Assembly (NCBI RefSeq): GCF_004010195.1
Contig: NC_057759.1
Location: forward strand, 1,931,069 to 1,973,653
Direction: 5' to 3'
Source of the DNA: Chiloscyllium plagiosum
Lineage: Eukaryota
Length of the DNA stretch: 42,585 nt
Position numbers and translations under genes: made by a program. Below the pieces are notes generated by a model, which worked only from the letters and a program-made list of their open reading frames with translations, searched no databases and had not been told where the DNA came from. Of the stretch, positions 24,899 to 36,677 are shown one piece after another (position 1 is the stretch's first letter; each line of letters begins with the position of its first letter).

Positions 24899-25744
24899 AC
24901 TGCTCCTCGAATGCTGCCTGAACTGCTGTGCTCTTCCAGCACCACTAATCCAGAACAATGCAGAGTGGCTGAGCAGAAGCTGATAGCAACATTTGGTACC
25001 CATGGGAATGGCCTCAACTGGGACCTTGGATTCATGTCACACGACAGGTGACCCCACTACACACACACACACACATACACACACACTCACACACACCCTC
25101 TCTCAGAAGTCTGTGATCTATCTCCCACCACTCTTTCTCGCACACCCTCTCTCTCACACGTCCTATTCATTCACAAAGGCATTTCAAATCTTTTATCAGA
25201 AACAAGCCAGCTGGAGATACAACCACTGGAAATGAGGGTGAAAATTGACTTGCTGTGCAGTCAACTGTTAAACTGCCCAAGTACAGAAAACAGAGGGCTA
25301 AAGTAACAGCCAAATGGATAAGTTGCAAAGAGTGTGATGAACAGATTAGCAAAACTTTTAACAAGTCAACAGAAAAGGGAAGAGCAAATGTTTTGTTTGT
25401 TTTGAACATAAATAGAAAAGGAGAATTGAATCGAGGCAGGGACAGATTAGGGATAGAAAGAGGGGACAGCTAATGCAGATTTGTGGTGAATGCTGATTTA
25501 CAGAGGGGAGGGAATAGATTATCTTGTTCCTCAGGGAGAAGATATCGCTCACTGCGTAGAATTAACATAAGATCTGCCCACTGGAGATCCCAAATCATAC
25601 CGTGACACTCTGCAATGCTGTCTGATGTTGTGGTACATGAGGAACGCCTTCAAAAACACCAACTGCACTTCGAGGTCCTCAAGCAGTTGAGGAAACTAGT
25701 TCTTACGATGCAGGTGTAGGTTGGATTACAGAGGCGGAAGCAAC

Positions 25745-26010
25745 TTCACAGTGGCACAGAGGCTAGCATTGCTGCCTCACAGCACCAGGGACCCAGGTTC
25801 AATTCCTGCCTCGGGTAATTGTCTGTGTGGAGTTTGTACATTCGCCCCGTGTCTGCGTGGGTTTCCTCCCACATTGCAAAGATGTGCAGGTTAGGTGAAT
25901 TGGCCATGCTAAATTGCCCGTGGTGTTAGGTGAAGGGGTAAATGCAGGGGAATGGGTCTGGGTGGTTAGCTCTTTGAAGGGTCGGTGTGGACGTGTTGGG
26001 CCGAATGGAA
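25745..26010 (+). mobile_element. Shark SINE
   Basis: CACAGTGGCACAGAGGCTAGCATTGCTGCCTCACAGCACCAGGGACCCAGGTTCAATTCC..TTGGCCATGCTAAATTGCC. Confidence 0.85.
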
Positions 26011-26089
26011 CACACTCCCATTGAGAATGTCCTTGTCAGGGGGATCGGGAAGACATTGTCAGTGAACAACAAACAAGAGCACCACTGTT

Positions 26090-26760
26090 CAGCTGGTCAT
26101 AGGGAGGCCAAGCAGTCTTTATTTCAAAGGGAATGGTGGATAAACATTCAGACGTTTTGTTTAAAGACTATACAAGACACTTGTCAGACCACAGCTAAGA
26201 GACTGTGAATAGTTTTGGGGATTCCTATCTGAAAGATGGATCTGGGCATTGGAGGCAGTCCAGAGAAGTTTCACTCAGCTGTTCCGGAGTATGGAGGGAC
26301 TGTCTGACGAGGAGAGGTTGGGTAGATTAGGCCTGTCCTCATTGGAGTTTAGAAGAATGAGAGGTATTCTTTGAAGCTTATTGCAAGTTCTTAGAGGGAT
26401 TTGACAGGGGAGATGTGGAGAGAGGTTGTTTCCCCTTGTGAGGGAGCACATGGGACCAGAGAGATATCATCTAAGAATAAAGGAGTGGTCGCCAATTGAA
26501 GACGGAGATAAAGAGGAATTTGTTCGTTCAGAAGGGATTGAATCTGTGAAATTCTTTATGACAGAGGGCTGTCAAGGCTGGGTCTTTCAGGATATTCAAA
26601 GCTGAGACAGAGAGGTTTTTAAATAGAAAGGGAATCGAGAGTTATAGGGGAAAGGTGGCAAAGTGGAGTTGAGGGTGATCAGATCAGTCACTATCTCTTT
26701 GAATGGCAGAATAGACTCGATGGGCTAAATGGCCTACACCTAGTCCTATAGTTGTATGGA
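26090..26760 (+). mobile_element. CR1 LINE 3' fragment
   Basis: LEAVQRSFT..EERLGRLGL.SLEFRRMRG and 3' UTR. Confidence 0.75.
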
Positions 26761-27554
26761 TCCGATTCACAAAGGGTGTAGTTAGGTAATCCTGTGTTTC
26801 TATTCTGACAGAGCGATGCAAAGTTATTTTGAAATGTGTCACCCCCTTCTTTCTTCTTTGCTTGAACATCAGCGGACACACTTTCACCAGGAGTGGGGCC
26901 ATTGTCGTCTGATACAAAGAATACACTTTGTCAGGTTCCAAAAACAACATAGTGCAGGATTCTCGAGATCTGAAACCAACACAGAGCACTGGAGAAACTC
27001 AGCAGTTCTGGTGGCATCTTGTAACCTGTATGGCAACATTTGTGCAAAGAGAGAGAATTTCATTTTGAGTCTGTTGACTCACATCAATCTGCTTGCCTTG
27101 TTGGCAAGTGCTTCTGTCAGATAAGGAGCTCGCTGTCAACTGCTGAGGCTTACTTCCCTTTTTTGTGTATCAGTTGCAGGCAGTCCATTAGACTTGTGTC
27201 TGGGTGGTTAGTAAAAGTTCCTGTTCTCTCTAACCCAAGGTCATCCCACAGACACTGCTAGAGTTTCCCTGTGACCCCACAGCTGATGATTCAGAACTGC
27301 AGACTGATCTGCAGAAGCCAGATCCTGATCTCCCCCTTTAGATTGTCTCCCCTGGTTCCTGGGGTGGGAGATGTGGCGCTCAATCCCTCCAGGGTCATGT
27401 ACCCATTGGAAAGGCTGTGCATGTTTGTCAGACATGTTTGTCCGGCTTACTGATGGGAGAGAAAGGGGAGGGAAAACTGGAGGCAATTCGCTCTCTTTGA
27501 AGAATCCATTGGAGAGATTGATCCTGGTGAGAAGTCTCCAGGGAATGAAATAGC

Positions 27555-28060
27555 AATGCCTGAGATGCTACAGGAAGGATGTCATTAAACTGGTAAGGGT
27601 GCAATAAAGATTGACAAGGACTGGAGAATTTGAGTTGGAGGTAGAGGCTGGATAGGCTGGGGCTTTCTAACACTGGAGTGTAGGAGGCTGAAGGGTAACC
27701 TTACAAATGTATAAAAGTTTGTAAGATCATGAGGGACATGGATAGGGTGAATAGCCAAAGTCTTTACCTCAGGGGAGGGGAGTCCAAAGCTGGAGGGCAT
27801 ATGTTTTAGGTGAGCTGGGAAAGATTTATAAGGGATCTGAGGGGTATCTTTTTCTCAAACATGATGGTGCAATATTGGAATGAGCTGCCAGAGAAAGTGA
27901 TAGTGATAGCTAAAATTGCAACATTTAAAAGACATTGGTACTGGATTGGTTTGGATTCGATTGGACAGGTTGAGCAGGATAGGGGGCTAGTTCAGTTTGG
28001 GAATCCTGGTCAGCATGGACGAGTTGGGCCGAAGAGCCTATTTCTGTGCTGTATGACTCT
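27555..28060 (+). mobile_element. CR1 LINE 3' fragment
   Basis: LECRRLKGNL..VCKIMR..RDLRGIFF..WNELPEKV. Confidence 0.75.
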
Positions 28061-28394
28061 ACGTTTGCTGAGTTCCCTTTACTCACCGCAGTTTAAGGGA
28101 GAAAATTATGGAAAAAGGGGTAGGTGGGGAGAAACCAGTTTGTAACCCACTCAGGGAGACAGATAGTCACAGATTACAAGTATCCACTGCTGCTAGGTGG
28201 ATCGAGTGACCTCATTCCCTGCTCAATGAAGCCACATACTCATTTATTTCTTTTATTCAGGAAGGCCACAGGAGAAATGATTAGCCTCCCTGAAGTATTT
28301 ACCCTCCCAGAGAGAGAGAGGTCGACTTTGTGTTTGGATTCTATTCGATGATGCATATGAAGGTGTTTTGCCTGCTTGTTTTCTGTAAGTGGTT

Positions 28395-28660
28395 ATGGGG
28401 GCAGGATTGAGGGAGGGGAGAGAAAGAGCGTGGGGGCAGGATTGGGAGAGGATGAGTGTGGGGGCAGGATTGAGAGAGTGAGTGAGAGAGAGAGAGAGAG
28501 AGAGAGAAAGAGTGTTTGGGCAGGATTGAGGGAGGGGAGAGAAAGAGTGTGGGGGCAGGATTAAGAGAGAGAGAGAAAGAGAGAGATAGAAAGAGAGAGC
28601 TAGATAGAAAGAGTTAGATAGATAGAAAGAGAGAGATAGATAGAGACAGAGAGAGAGATA
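28395..28660. repeat. GA-rich minisatellite/microsatellite (GGGGCAGGATTGAG.. units and (GA)n)
   Basis: About five GGGCAGGATT-anchored units followed by GA/GATA repeats. Confidence 0.85.
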
Positions 28661-28914
28661 TCTGGCCCTGACTGCTTTCTGTGGCAGAGAATTCCCCACT
28701 CTCTGGATGAAGACATTTCTCCCCATCTCAGTGCTGCCCTGTCTCCTTTAAACTGTGACCCCCTGGTTCTGGTTACCTCCACCCGGTGATTGGAAACATC
28801 CTTTAGTGTTGGCAGGTACAGTCTGGATGTGTCGATGGGCTTCTCCTTTACTGTCAGAGTCAATCGCATTAAGATGTACATTCCTTATCACATACTGTCA
28901 CTCAGATTTCTATG

Positions 28915-29222
28915 TTGCCTTTCTCCAAAACTAAAGGGCATCAGTTTAGGGTGAGAGGGCAAATGGTTAAAAGGTACCTGAGGAGGAACTTTTTCAAACA
29001 GAGGGTGGTTTGTATAAGGAGCAACCTGCTGGGGGAATTGGCAGAGATGGATACAACTACTACATTTAAAAGATATTTGGACAAGGACATGGATTGGAAC
29101 GGTTTAGAGCGTTATGGGCCAAACTGCAGGCAGATGGGACTACTTTAATTTGGGAAACCTGGTTGGCATGGACACGTTGGGCTGAAGTGCCTGTTTCTGT
29201 GCTGGGTGATCCTATGACTCTA
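28915..29222 (+). mobile_element. CR1 LINE 3' fragment
   Basis: ORF 28912-29148: KTKGHQFRVRG..LRRNFFKQRVV..FKRYLD. Confidence 0.85.
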
Positions 29223-29886
29223 TTGTGAGATGCCCTGAGCTCTCCATCTGAGCAGACTGAACAGAGATCTCCATTCAAAGAAGCAGTGTCCCCAGGACCC
29301 TTCCCTACCACTTCTTGGCTGAACTCTCCCACTTCCTCTTCTATTCTCCATTATAAAGTACTCCCCGGCTCCATTCTGACATTCTGGTCTCAGCTTTCCA
29401 TTTGGACATCAGTCTGTGGAGTCCCTGAAATAGAATGCATCATTTTCTCACGGGCTGTGGTGCTTCCAATGCAAACGTACAAACTCAGGGTAAAAACACA
29501 CGGGGTATCCCTTTGATAAACAGGAATGCTGCCCCAAAACCCATGGCTGCAGGATTTCAAACAGCAGATTCCTCTCTAAGCAAATGACACATGATCGCAC
29601 GGGTATGTGCATCATCTCACAGAGTTTAAAATTGAAAATGAGAACTTTTGTCGGCGTGACGGCCAATTCTCTCTCGTTTCTTTTAACAGTAAGAAGGGTT
29701 TCACATCTGGAGGTACACGGTATGTTTAAAATGTCACGTTGCACGATTTACACACAAAGGGAGGGAGATGTTTGGAACTCTCACCAACAAACCACAGATG
29801 TTAGTTTTCAATCTAAGAGAAATTTGCTAAGTTATTAACGGGATAGGGGCCAAAGAAAGTGGAATAGATTTAAAGTTACAGTTTCT

Positions 29887-30160
29887 AAACACAGAAAATA
29901 CTGGAGGAACTCAGCAGGTCCAGCATCATCTATGGAGAGAGAGAGAGAAAAAGACAGAGCTAACGTTACAGATTATAAATATAGAATATACTAGAGAAAC
30001 TCTGCAGGTCTCGCGGCATCTTTGGAGAGAGAGAGAAAAGTTAATGATACAGGTTATAAACACAGAAAGTACTGGAGGAACTCAGTAGGTCTGACAGTAT
30101 CTGTGGAGAGAGAGAGAAAAAAACAGCATTTAGATGTTGAGTCCTGTAACCGTTTATCAG
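29887..30160 (-). repeat. Three tandem degenerate copies of a Penelope-type terminal repeat segment
   Basis: AAACACAGAAAATACTGGAGGAACTCAGCAGGTC..GGAGAGAGAG occurs three times. Confidence 0.7.
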
Positions 30161-30179
30161 TTGACCTTTAACTGCCCTT

Positions 30180-30920
30180 TGAAATGGCTGAGCCAACCAT
30201 TTAGTTGTATTCATCGCTCTGAAGTATCAACAATGAAATGAAATCAGACGGATCACCCAGTATCAACCTGGAAACAGGAAAAGACAATGGCAGATACAAC
30301 CCTATCGACCCTGCAGAGAGCTCCTCACTAACATCTGGGGGCTAGTACTAGAACTGGGAGAGTCATCATTGTACTCACTTAATCATACCTTACAGACAAT
30401 GTCCCAGACACCACCAGCACCATCCCTGGATATGTCCTGTCTCGCAGTGGGACACACCCAGCAGAGGTGGCTGCACAATGGGATACAGTCCGGAGGGAGT
30501 TACACGGCGAGTCCTCAACATTGACTCTGGACAACATGAGGTCTCATGGCTTCATGTTAAACATGGGCAAGGAAACCTCCTGCTGAATGCCACATATCAT
30601 CCTCCCTCAGCTGATGAATCGGTATTCCTCCAGATAAACAACACTTTAAGGAATTTCTGAGGATGGCAAGGGCACAAAATCTAACTTGGGTGGAGGATTT
30701 CTGTGTCCACCACTACGAGTGGCTCGGCAGAAGCATTACTGATCGAACTGGTTGGGTCTTAAAGACTGGGTCTGCAGCAGGTGGTGTGGGAACCAACAAG
30801 AGGGAATAACAACGTGACCTCATCCTTACCAACCTTCCAGTTGTAGATGCATCTGCCCCTGACCATATTGGTAAGAATGACCCCTGCACAGTCCTTGTGG
30901 AAATGGAGTCCCATTGAAAA
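30180..30920 (+). mobile_element. LINE APE-endonuclease region, degenerate
   Basis: HEVSWLHVKHGQGNLLL.ATYHPPSADES, W.EDF.VHH.EWLG, V.EPTRGN..DLILTN motifs. Confidence 0.75.
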
Positions 30921-30929
30921 TCATTTCTG

Positions 30930-31475
30930 CTAATGGGATATGGGTGTCACTGGCTGGGCACATCATTTATTGTTCCCTTCCCTGGTTGCCCCCTTGAGAA
31001 GGTGATGGTGAGCTGTCTTCTTTAACCACCACAGTTCACAGTGCTATAGATGGACCCACAATTCCCTTAAAGAGGGTATTCTATGATTTTGACCCAGCGA
31101 CACTGAACGATCAGCTGATGTATTTCCAAGTCAGAATAGTGAGTGGCTCAGATGGGTATTTGCAGGGGATGGTGTTCCCATGTATCTGTATACTGTATCC
31201 TTCTGGATGGAAGTTGCTATGGGTTTGGAAGGTGCTGTCTCAGGATCTTGGGTGAATTTCTGCAGTACACCTTGTCAATGGTACATGCTGTTGCTACTGA
31301 GTATCAGTGGAGGAGGCAATGGATGTTCATGGATGTGGTGTGGGAACTGCTTTTTCCCTGGATGGTGTTTAGTGTTTCGAATATTGTTGGAGCTGCACCC
31401 ATCCAGGCAAGTGGGGAGTATTCCCCTGGCTCCTGAGTTGTGCTTTATCAATGATGTTCAGGCTTTGGGGAGGAG
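30930..31475 (-). mobile_element. LINE 3' end fragment, opposite orientation
   Basis: The reverse complement contains EYSPLAWMGAAPT.L-type ORF2 C-terminal sequence and a 3' UTR. Confidence 0.65.
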
Positions 31476-33331
31476 AAACATTGATTAAACTACCAAATGC
31501 AGATTTTGCATCGGGCACAAAAACCAAAGGCCTGAACTATGATTAAGAGTGAAAGGCTTCAGTGAAGTTTCACTCATTAGAAACGACTGTTATTGTTGTT
31601 CTGCAGGCCAATCTGCAGAGGTCATCATAACTAATCCCAGGGATGGTGTCAGCAAAGAAGGGGAGTGGTTCACTCTGAAGTGTCAGTGCAACAACAGATT
31701 TATAAAGGCTTCCTGGTAAAAGAACAACTTTACAAGATTAAATCTTACAACTTTAATGGAAGAGTTGGCAGTAAAACTGAGGGATTATACAAGTGACAAA
31801 TTGGGAATGCTTTTTCATGTCAGCCATTGGACATGGTGACCATTGGTACATAAATGTTGATGGATGTACTCTGTGTCGAACAAAATTCCTTTTGCAGAGA
31901 GACCACACAATATATCGTACTCCACGCTCATCGATTCATCAAGTCCCAAGGGGCATGACGATGCACACTGCAATGCACGAAGGAAGGGAATTCTCGGGCT
32001 TCCCAGATTTTAATGCTGCCATCAGGACCAGAAGATATTGAAAAAAAAAGGCCATTCAGTCCTTTGATCCGGTCCACATTTCAGTCAGTTAAACAACTAA
32101 TCTGTGAATGGGTTTCAGGACACAACGGATGCAGAAAGATTACCCGCATTGGTTACAAGGCTGGGCATCACCCTAAACTGGGCGACATTCCAAACTGAGC
32201 CTCACCCTAAACTGGGAGACATTCCAAACTGGACCTCACCCTAAACTGGGACACATTCCAAACTGGGGCTCACCCTAAACTGGGACACATTCTAAATTGG
32301 GCATCACCCTAAACTGGGCGACATTCCAAACTGAGCCTCACCCTAAACTGGGACACATTCCAAACTGCGCCTCACCCTAAACTGGGACACATTCCAAACT
32401 GGGCCTCATCTAAACTGGGACACATTCCAAACTGGGCCTCACTCTAAACTGGGACAGATTCCAAACTAGGCCTCACCGTAAACTGGGACACATTCCAAAC
32501 TGGGCCTCATCTAAACTGGGACACATTCCAAACTGGACCTCAACCGAAACTGGGTCACATTCCAAACTGGGCCTCACCCGAAACTGGGTCACAATCCAAA
32601 TTAGGCCTCACCCTAAAATGAGACACATTCCAAACGGGGGCTCACCCTAAACTGGGACGCATTCCAAACTGGGCCTCACCCTAAACTGGGCCACATTCCA
32701 AACTGGACCTCACCCGAAACTGGGTCACATTCCAAACTGGGCCTCACCCGAAACTGGGCCACATTCCAAACTGGACCTCACACGAAACTGGGACACATTC
32801 CAAACTGGGCCTCACACTAAACTGGGACACATTCCAAACTGGGCCTCATCTGAACTGGGACACATTCCAAACTGGGACTCACCCTAAACTGGGTCACATT
32901 CCAAACTGGGCCTCACCCGAAACTGGGTCACAATCCAAATTAGGCCTCACCCTAAAATGGGACACATTCCAAACGGGGGCTCACCCTAAACTGGGACGAA
33001 TTCCAAACTGGGCCTCACCCTAAACTGGGCCACATTCCAAACTGGACCTCACCCGAAACTGGGTCACATTCCAAACTGGGCCTCACCCGAAACTGGGACA
33101 CATTCCAAACTGGACCTCACCCGAAACTGGGACACATTCCAAACTGGGTCTCACCCTAAACTGGGTCACATTCCAAACTGGGCCTCACCCTAAACTGGGA
33201 CACATTCCAAACTGGGCCTCACCCTAAACTGGGCCAAATTCCAAACTGAACCTCACCCGAAACTGGGTCACATTCCAAACTGGGCCTCACCCGAAACTGG
33301 GCCACATTCCAAACTGGGTGTCACCCTAAAC

Positions 33332-34643
33332 ACAAATAAGTAGAATGGATGGCTTTGAGGTATGTAGAGAAGAGGTGTTGGAAATCCTGGAAAAGGTGAA
33401 AATAGATAAGTCCCCTGGGCCTGATGGCATTTATCCTAGGATTCTCTGGGAAGCAAGGGAGGAGATTGCAGAGCCATTGGCCTTGATTTTTATGTCCTCT
33501 TTGTCTACAGGAGTAGTGCCAGAAGACTGGAGGATAGCAAATGTGGTTCCCTTGTTCAAAAAGGGGAGTAGGGATAACCCTAGTAACTATAGGCCGGTGA
33601 GTCTCACTTCTGTTGTGGGCAAAGTCTTAGAGAGAATTGCAAGGGATAGGATTTATGCACATCTGGATAGGAATAATGTGATCAAGGATAGTCAGCATGG
33701 TTTTGTGAAGGGCAGATCGTGCATCACAAACCTTGTTGAATTCTTTGAAAAGGTGACGAAGGAGGTTGATGAGGGGAAAGCGGTAGATGTGGTATATATG
33801 GATTTTAGTAAGGCGTTTGATAAGGTTCCCCATGGTAGGCTACTGCAGAAAATACGGAGATATGGAATTGAGGGTGAGTTGGAGGTTTGGATTAGGAATT
33901 GGCTGGATGGAAGAAGACAGAGGGTAGTAGTTGATGGCAAAGTTTCTTCATGGAGTGCCGTCACTAGCGGTGTTCCGCAAGGATCTGTTTTGGGACCATT
34001 GCTGTTTGTCATTTTTATAAATGACCAGGAAGAGGGGATAGAAGGTTGGGTGAGCAAGTTTGCGGATGACACAAAAGTCGGAGGAGTTGTTGACAGTGAG
34101 GAAGCATATGGCAGGTTACAGCAGGATATAGAGAAGCTGCAGAGCTGGGCAGAAAGGTGGCAAATGGAATACAATGTAGCTAAGTGTGAGGTGATTCACT
34201 TTGGGAAGAATAACAAAAAGATGGGGTACTGGGCTAATGGTCGGATACTTGGTAGTGTGGATGAGCAGAGGGATCTTGGTGTCCATGTACACAGATCTCT
34301 GAAAGTTGCCACCCAGGTAAATAGTGCGGTGAGGAAGGCATATGGCGTACTGGCTTTTATTGGTAGAGGAATTGAGTTCCGGACTCCTGAGGTCATGATG
34401 CAGTTGTATAAGACTCTGGTACGGCCGCATGAAGTTAGGGGTAGGTTCTTCACTCAGCGAGTTGTAAGTTCATGGAATGCCCTGCCAGTAGCAGTGGTGG
34501 ACTCTCCCTGTTTATGGGCATTTAAGCGGGCATTGGATAGGTATATGGAGGATAGTGGGTTAGTATAGGTTAGGTGGGCTTGGATCGGCGCAACATCGAG
34601 GGCCAAAGGGCCTGTACTGCGCTGTATTGTTCTATGTTCTATG
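33332..34643 (+). mobile_element. 5'-truncated young CR1 LINE inserted in the satellite
   Basis: RT ORF, 3' UTR and (TTCTATG)n tail; TAAAC flanks both sides (33327-33331, 34644-34648) as a probable TSD. Confidence 0.9.
33345..34568 (+). CDS. CR1 ORF2 reverse-transcriptase fragment, 407 aa, with an in-frame internal deletion
   Basis: KSPGPDGI, NYRPVSLTS, DFSKAFDKVPH, GVPQGSVLGPLLF, FADD; LVRPH joins directly to EVRGRFFTQRVV. Confidence 0.85.
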   Translation: MDGFEVCREEVLEILEKVKIDKSPGPDGIYPRILWEAREEIAEPLALIFMSSLSTGVVPEDWRIANVVPLFKKGSRDNPSNYRPVSLTSVVGKVLERIARDRIYAHLDRNNVIKDSQHGFVKGRSCITNLVEFFEKVTKEVDEGKAVDVVYMDFSKAFDKVPHGRLLQKIRRYGIEGELEVWIRNWLDGRRQRVVVDGKVSSWSAVTSGVPQGSVLGPLLFVIFINDQEEGIEGWVSKFADDTKVGGVVDSEEAYGRLQQDIEKLQSWAERWQMEYNVAKCEVIHFGKNNKKMGYWANGRILGSVDEQRDLGVHVHRSLKVATQVNSAVRKAYGVLAFIGRGIEFRTPEVMMQLYKTLVRPHEVRGRFFTQRVVSSWNALPVAVVDSPCLWAFKRALDRYMEDSGLV

Positions 34644-36292
34644 TAAACTGGGCCACATTCCAAACTGGGTCTCACCCTTAACTGGGAAACATTCCAAACT
34701 GGGGCTCACCCTAAACTGGGCCACATTCCAAACTGGGCCTCACCCTAAACTGGGACACATTCCAAACTGGACCTCAACCGAAACTGGGTCACATTCAAAA
34801 CTGGGCCTCACCCAAAACTGAGACACATTCCAAACTGGGCCTCACCCAAAATTGGGACACATTCCAAACTGGGGCTCACCCTAAACTGGGACACATTCCA
34901 AACTGGGCCTCACCCTAAACTGGGACCCATTCCAAAGTGGGGCTCACCCTAAACTGGGACGCTTTCCAAACTGGGCCTCACCCTAAACTGGGACACATTC
35001 CAAACTGGGCCTCACCCTAAACTGGGAGACATTCCAAACTGGGGCTCATCCTAAACTGGGACACATTCCAAACTGGGCCTCACCCTCAACTGGGACACAT
35101 TCCAAACTGGGGCTCACCCTAAACTGGGACGCATTCCAAACTGGGCCTCACCCTAAAGTGGGACACATTCCAAACTGGGGCTCACCCTAAACTGGGACAC
35201 ATTCCAAACTGTGCCTCACCCTAAACTGGGTGACATTCCAGCCTGGGCCACGCTCTAAACTGGGACACATTCCAAACTGGGCCCCACCAGAAACTGGGAC
35301 ACATTCCAAACTGGGCCTCACCCGAAACTGGGTCACATTCCAAACTGGGGCTCACCCTAAACTGGGACACATTCCAAACTGAGCCTCACCCTAAACTGGG
35401 CGACATTCCAACCTGGGCCTCGTTCTAAACTGGGACACATTCCAAACTGAGCCCCACCAGAATCTGGGACACATTCCAAACTGGGCCTCACCCGAAACTG
35501 GGTCACATTCCAAACTGGGCCTCACCCTAAACTGGGCGACATGCCAAACTGAGCCTCACCCTAAACTGGGACACATTCCAAATTTGGCCTCACCCTTTAC
35601 TGGGTGACATTCCAAACTGGGCCTCACCCTTAACTGGGCCACATTCCAAACTGAGTCTCAGCCTAAACGTCGCCACATTCCAAACTGGGCCTCACCCTAA
35701 ACTGGGCCACATTCCAAAATGGGCCTCACCCTATACTGGGCCACTTTCCAAATTGGGCCTCACCCTTAACTGGGCCACATTCAAAACTGGGTNNNNNNNN
35801 NNNNNNNNNNNNNNNNNNNNNNNNNNNNNNNNNNNNNNNNNNNNNNNNNNNNNNNNNNNNNNNNNNNNNNNNNNNNNNNNNNNNNNNNNNNNNNNNNNNN
35901 NNNNNNNNNNNNNNNNNNNNNNNNNNNNNNNNNNNNNNNNNNNNNNNNNNNNNNNNNNNNNNNNNNNNNNNNNNNNNNNNNNNNNNNNNNNNNNNNNNNN
36001 NNNNNNNNNNNNNNNNNNNNNNNNNNNNNNNNNNNNNNNNNNNNNNNNNNNNNNNNNNNNNNNNNNNNNNNNNNNNNNNNNNNNNNNNNNNNNNNNNNNN
36101 NNNNNNNNNNNNNNNNNNNNNNNNNNNNNNNNNNNNNNNNNNNNNNNNNNNNNNNNNNNNNNNNNNNNNNNNNNNNNNNNNNNNNNNNNNNNNNNNNNNN
36201 NNNNNNNNNNNNNNNNNNNNNNNNNNNNNNNNNNNNNNNNNNNNNNNNNNNNNNNNNNNNNNNNNNNNNNNNNNNNNNNNNNNNNNNNNNNN

Positions 36293-36574
36293 GCCCTTTA
36301 TGACAACCTCCGACATGAGGTCGTACCTGTGCTGGTCAATATATCGGGCATCCGGGTACCAGACTATTGCATAGCACAGGTACGTAACCTATACACCATG
36401 ATGGGGAAGGAGGTCATAGAGAGGGCCATAGATGCCATGGGATCAACCCACTACCGGACCGAAATACATAACACACACACACACATAACGACACAGTCGG
36501 GACAGAGTCAACGATGCTCTCACAGGGCTCGAGTTAATGTAACCATCTCCTGGGACTATCCAAAGGCCCCATGA
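36293..36574 (+). CDS. 3' part of an env-like ORF of an endogenous retrovirus-like element (5' end in gap)
   Basis: Open frame ALYDNLRHEVVPVLVNISGIRVPDYCIAQVRNLYTMMGKEVIERAIDAMGS..VNVTISWDYPKAP* with N-glycosylation sequons NIS and NVT, in the env position just upstream of the PPT and 3' LTR. Confidence 0.55.
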   Translation, partial: ALYDNLRHEVVPVLVNISGIRVPDYCIAQVRNLYTMMGKEVIERAIDAMGSTHYRTEIHNTHTHITTQSGQSQRCSHRARVNVTISWDYPKAP

Positions 36575-36665
36575 CTGCAGCATGACGGCCAGCGGTATGT
36601 ACCGGGAGAGGAACCGAATTTCAAGATATCGGCATCGGGGGTGTGGACGTGTCCAACCCCTTGCC

Positions 36666-36676
36666 AAAAGGGGGGA
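36666..36676 (+). other. Polypurine tract
   Basis: AAAAGGGGGGA-C immediately before the TG start of the LTR. Confidence 0.85.
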
Positions 36677-36677
36677 C

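Larger units (their letters stand above)
28357..31845 (+). pseudogene. Ig-superfamily (Fc-receptor-like/LITR-like) receptor pseudogene: leader exon 28357-28384, 30-bp leader mini-exon 29690-29719, Ig exon 31607-31845
   Basis: All junctions are phase 1 with GT/AG. Spliced translation: MKVFCLLVF|LRRVSHLEVH|GQSAEVIITNPRDGVSKEGEWFTLKCQCNNRFIKASW*KNN..(-1 frameshift)..SYNFNGRVGSKTEGLYK*QIGNAFSCQPLDMVTI|. Confidence 0.7.
32160..35792. repeat. 34-bp satellite, a dimer of 17-mers (CTGGGCCTCACCCTAAA + CTGGGACACATTCCAAA), running into a gap
   Basis: Regular tandem array at 32160-33331 and 34644-35792. Confidence 0.95.

Noticed and set aside
25745..25810. tRNA gene-like A/B boxes (also 13893, 15963, 23288)
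   Set aside because: They are tRNA-derived SINE heads continuing into SINE body sequence, not cloverleaf tRNA genes.
27250..27560. Possible further Ig-like exon
   Set aside because: No consistent Cys/Trp framework on either strand.
32160..35792. CRISPR-like regular repeats
   Set aside because: There are no unique spacers or cas genes; it is a contiguous tandem satellite in vertebrate DNA.
35726..36316. Long ORFs across N runs (also 40159-40840)
   Set aside because: These are artefacts of translating assembly gaps; only 36293-36574 is real sequence of interest.
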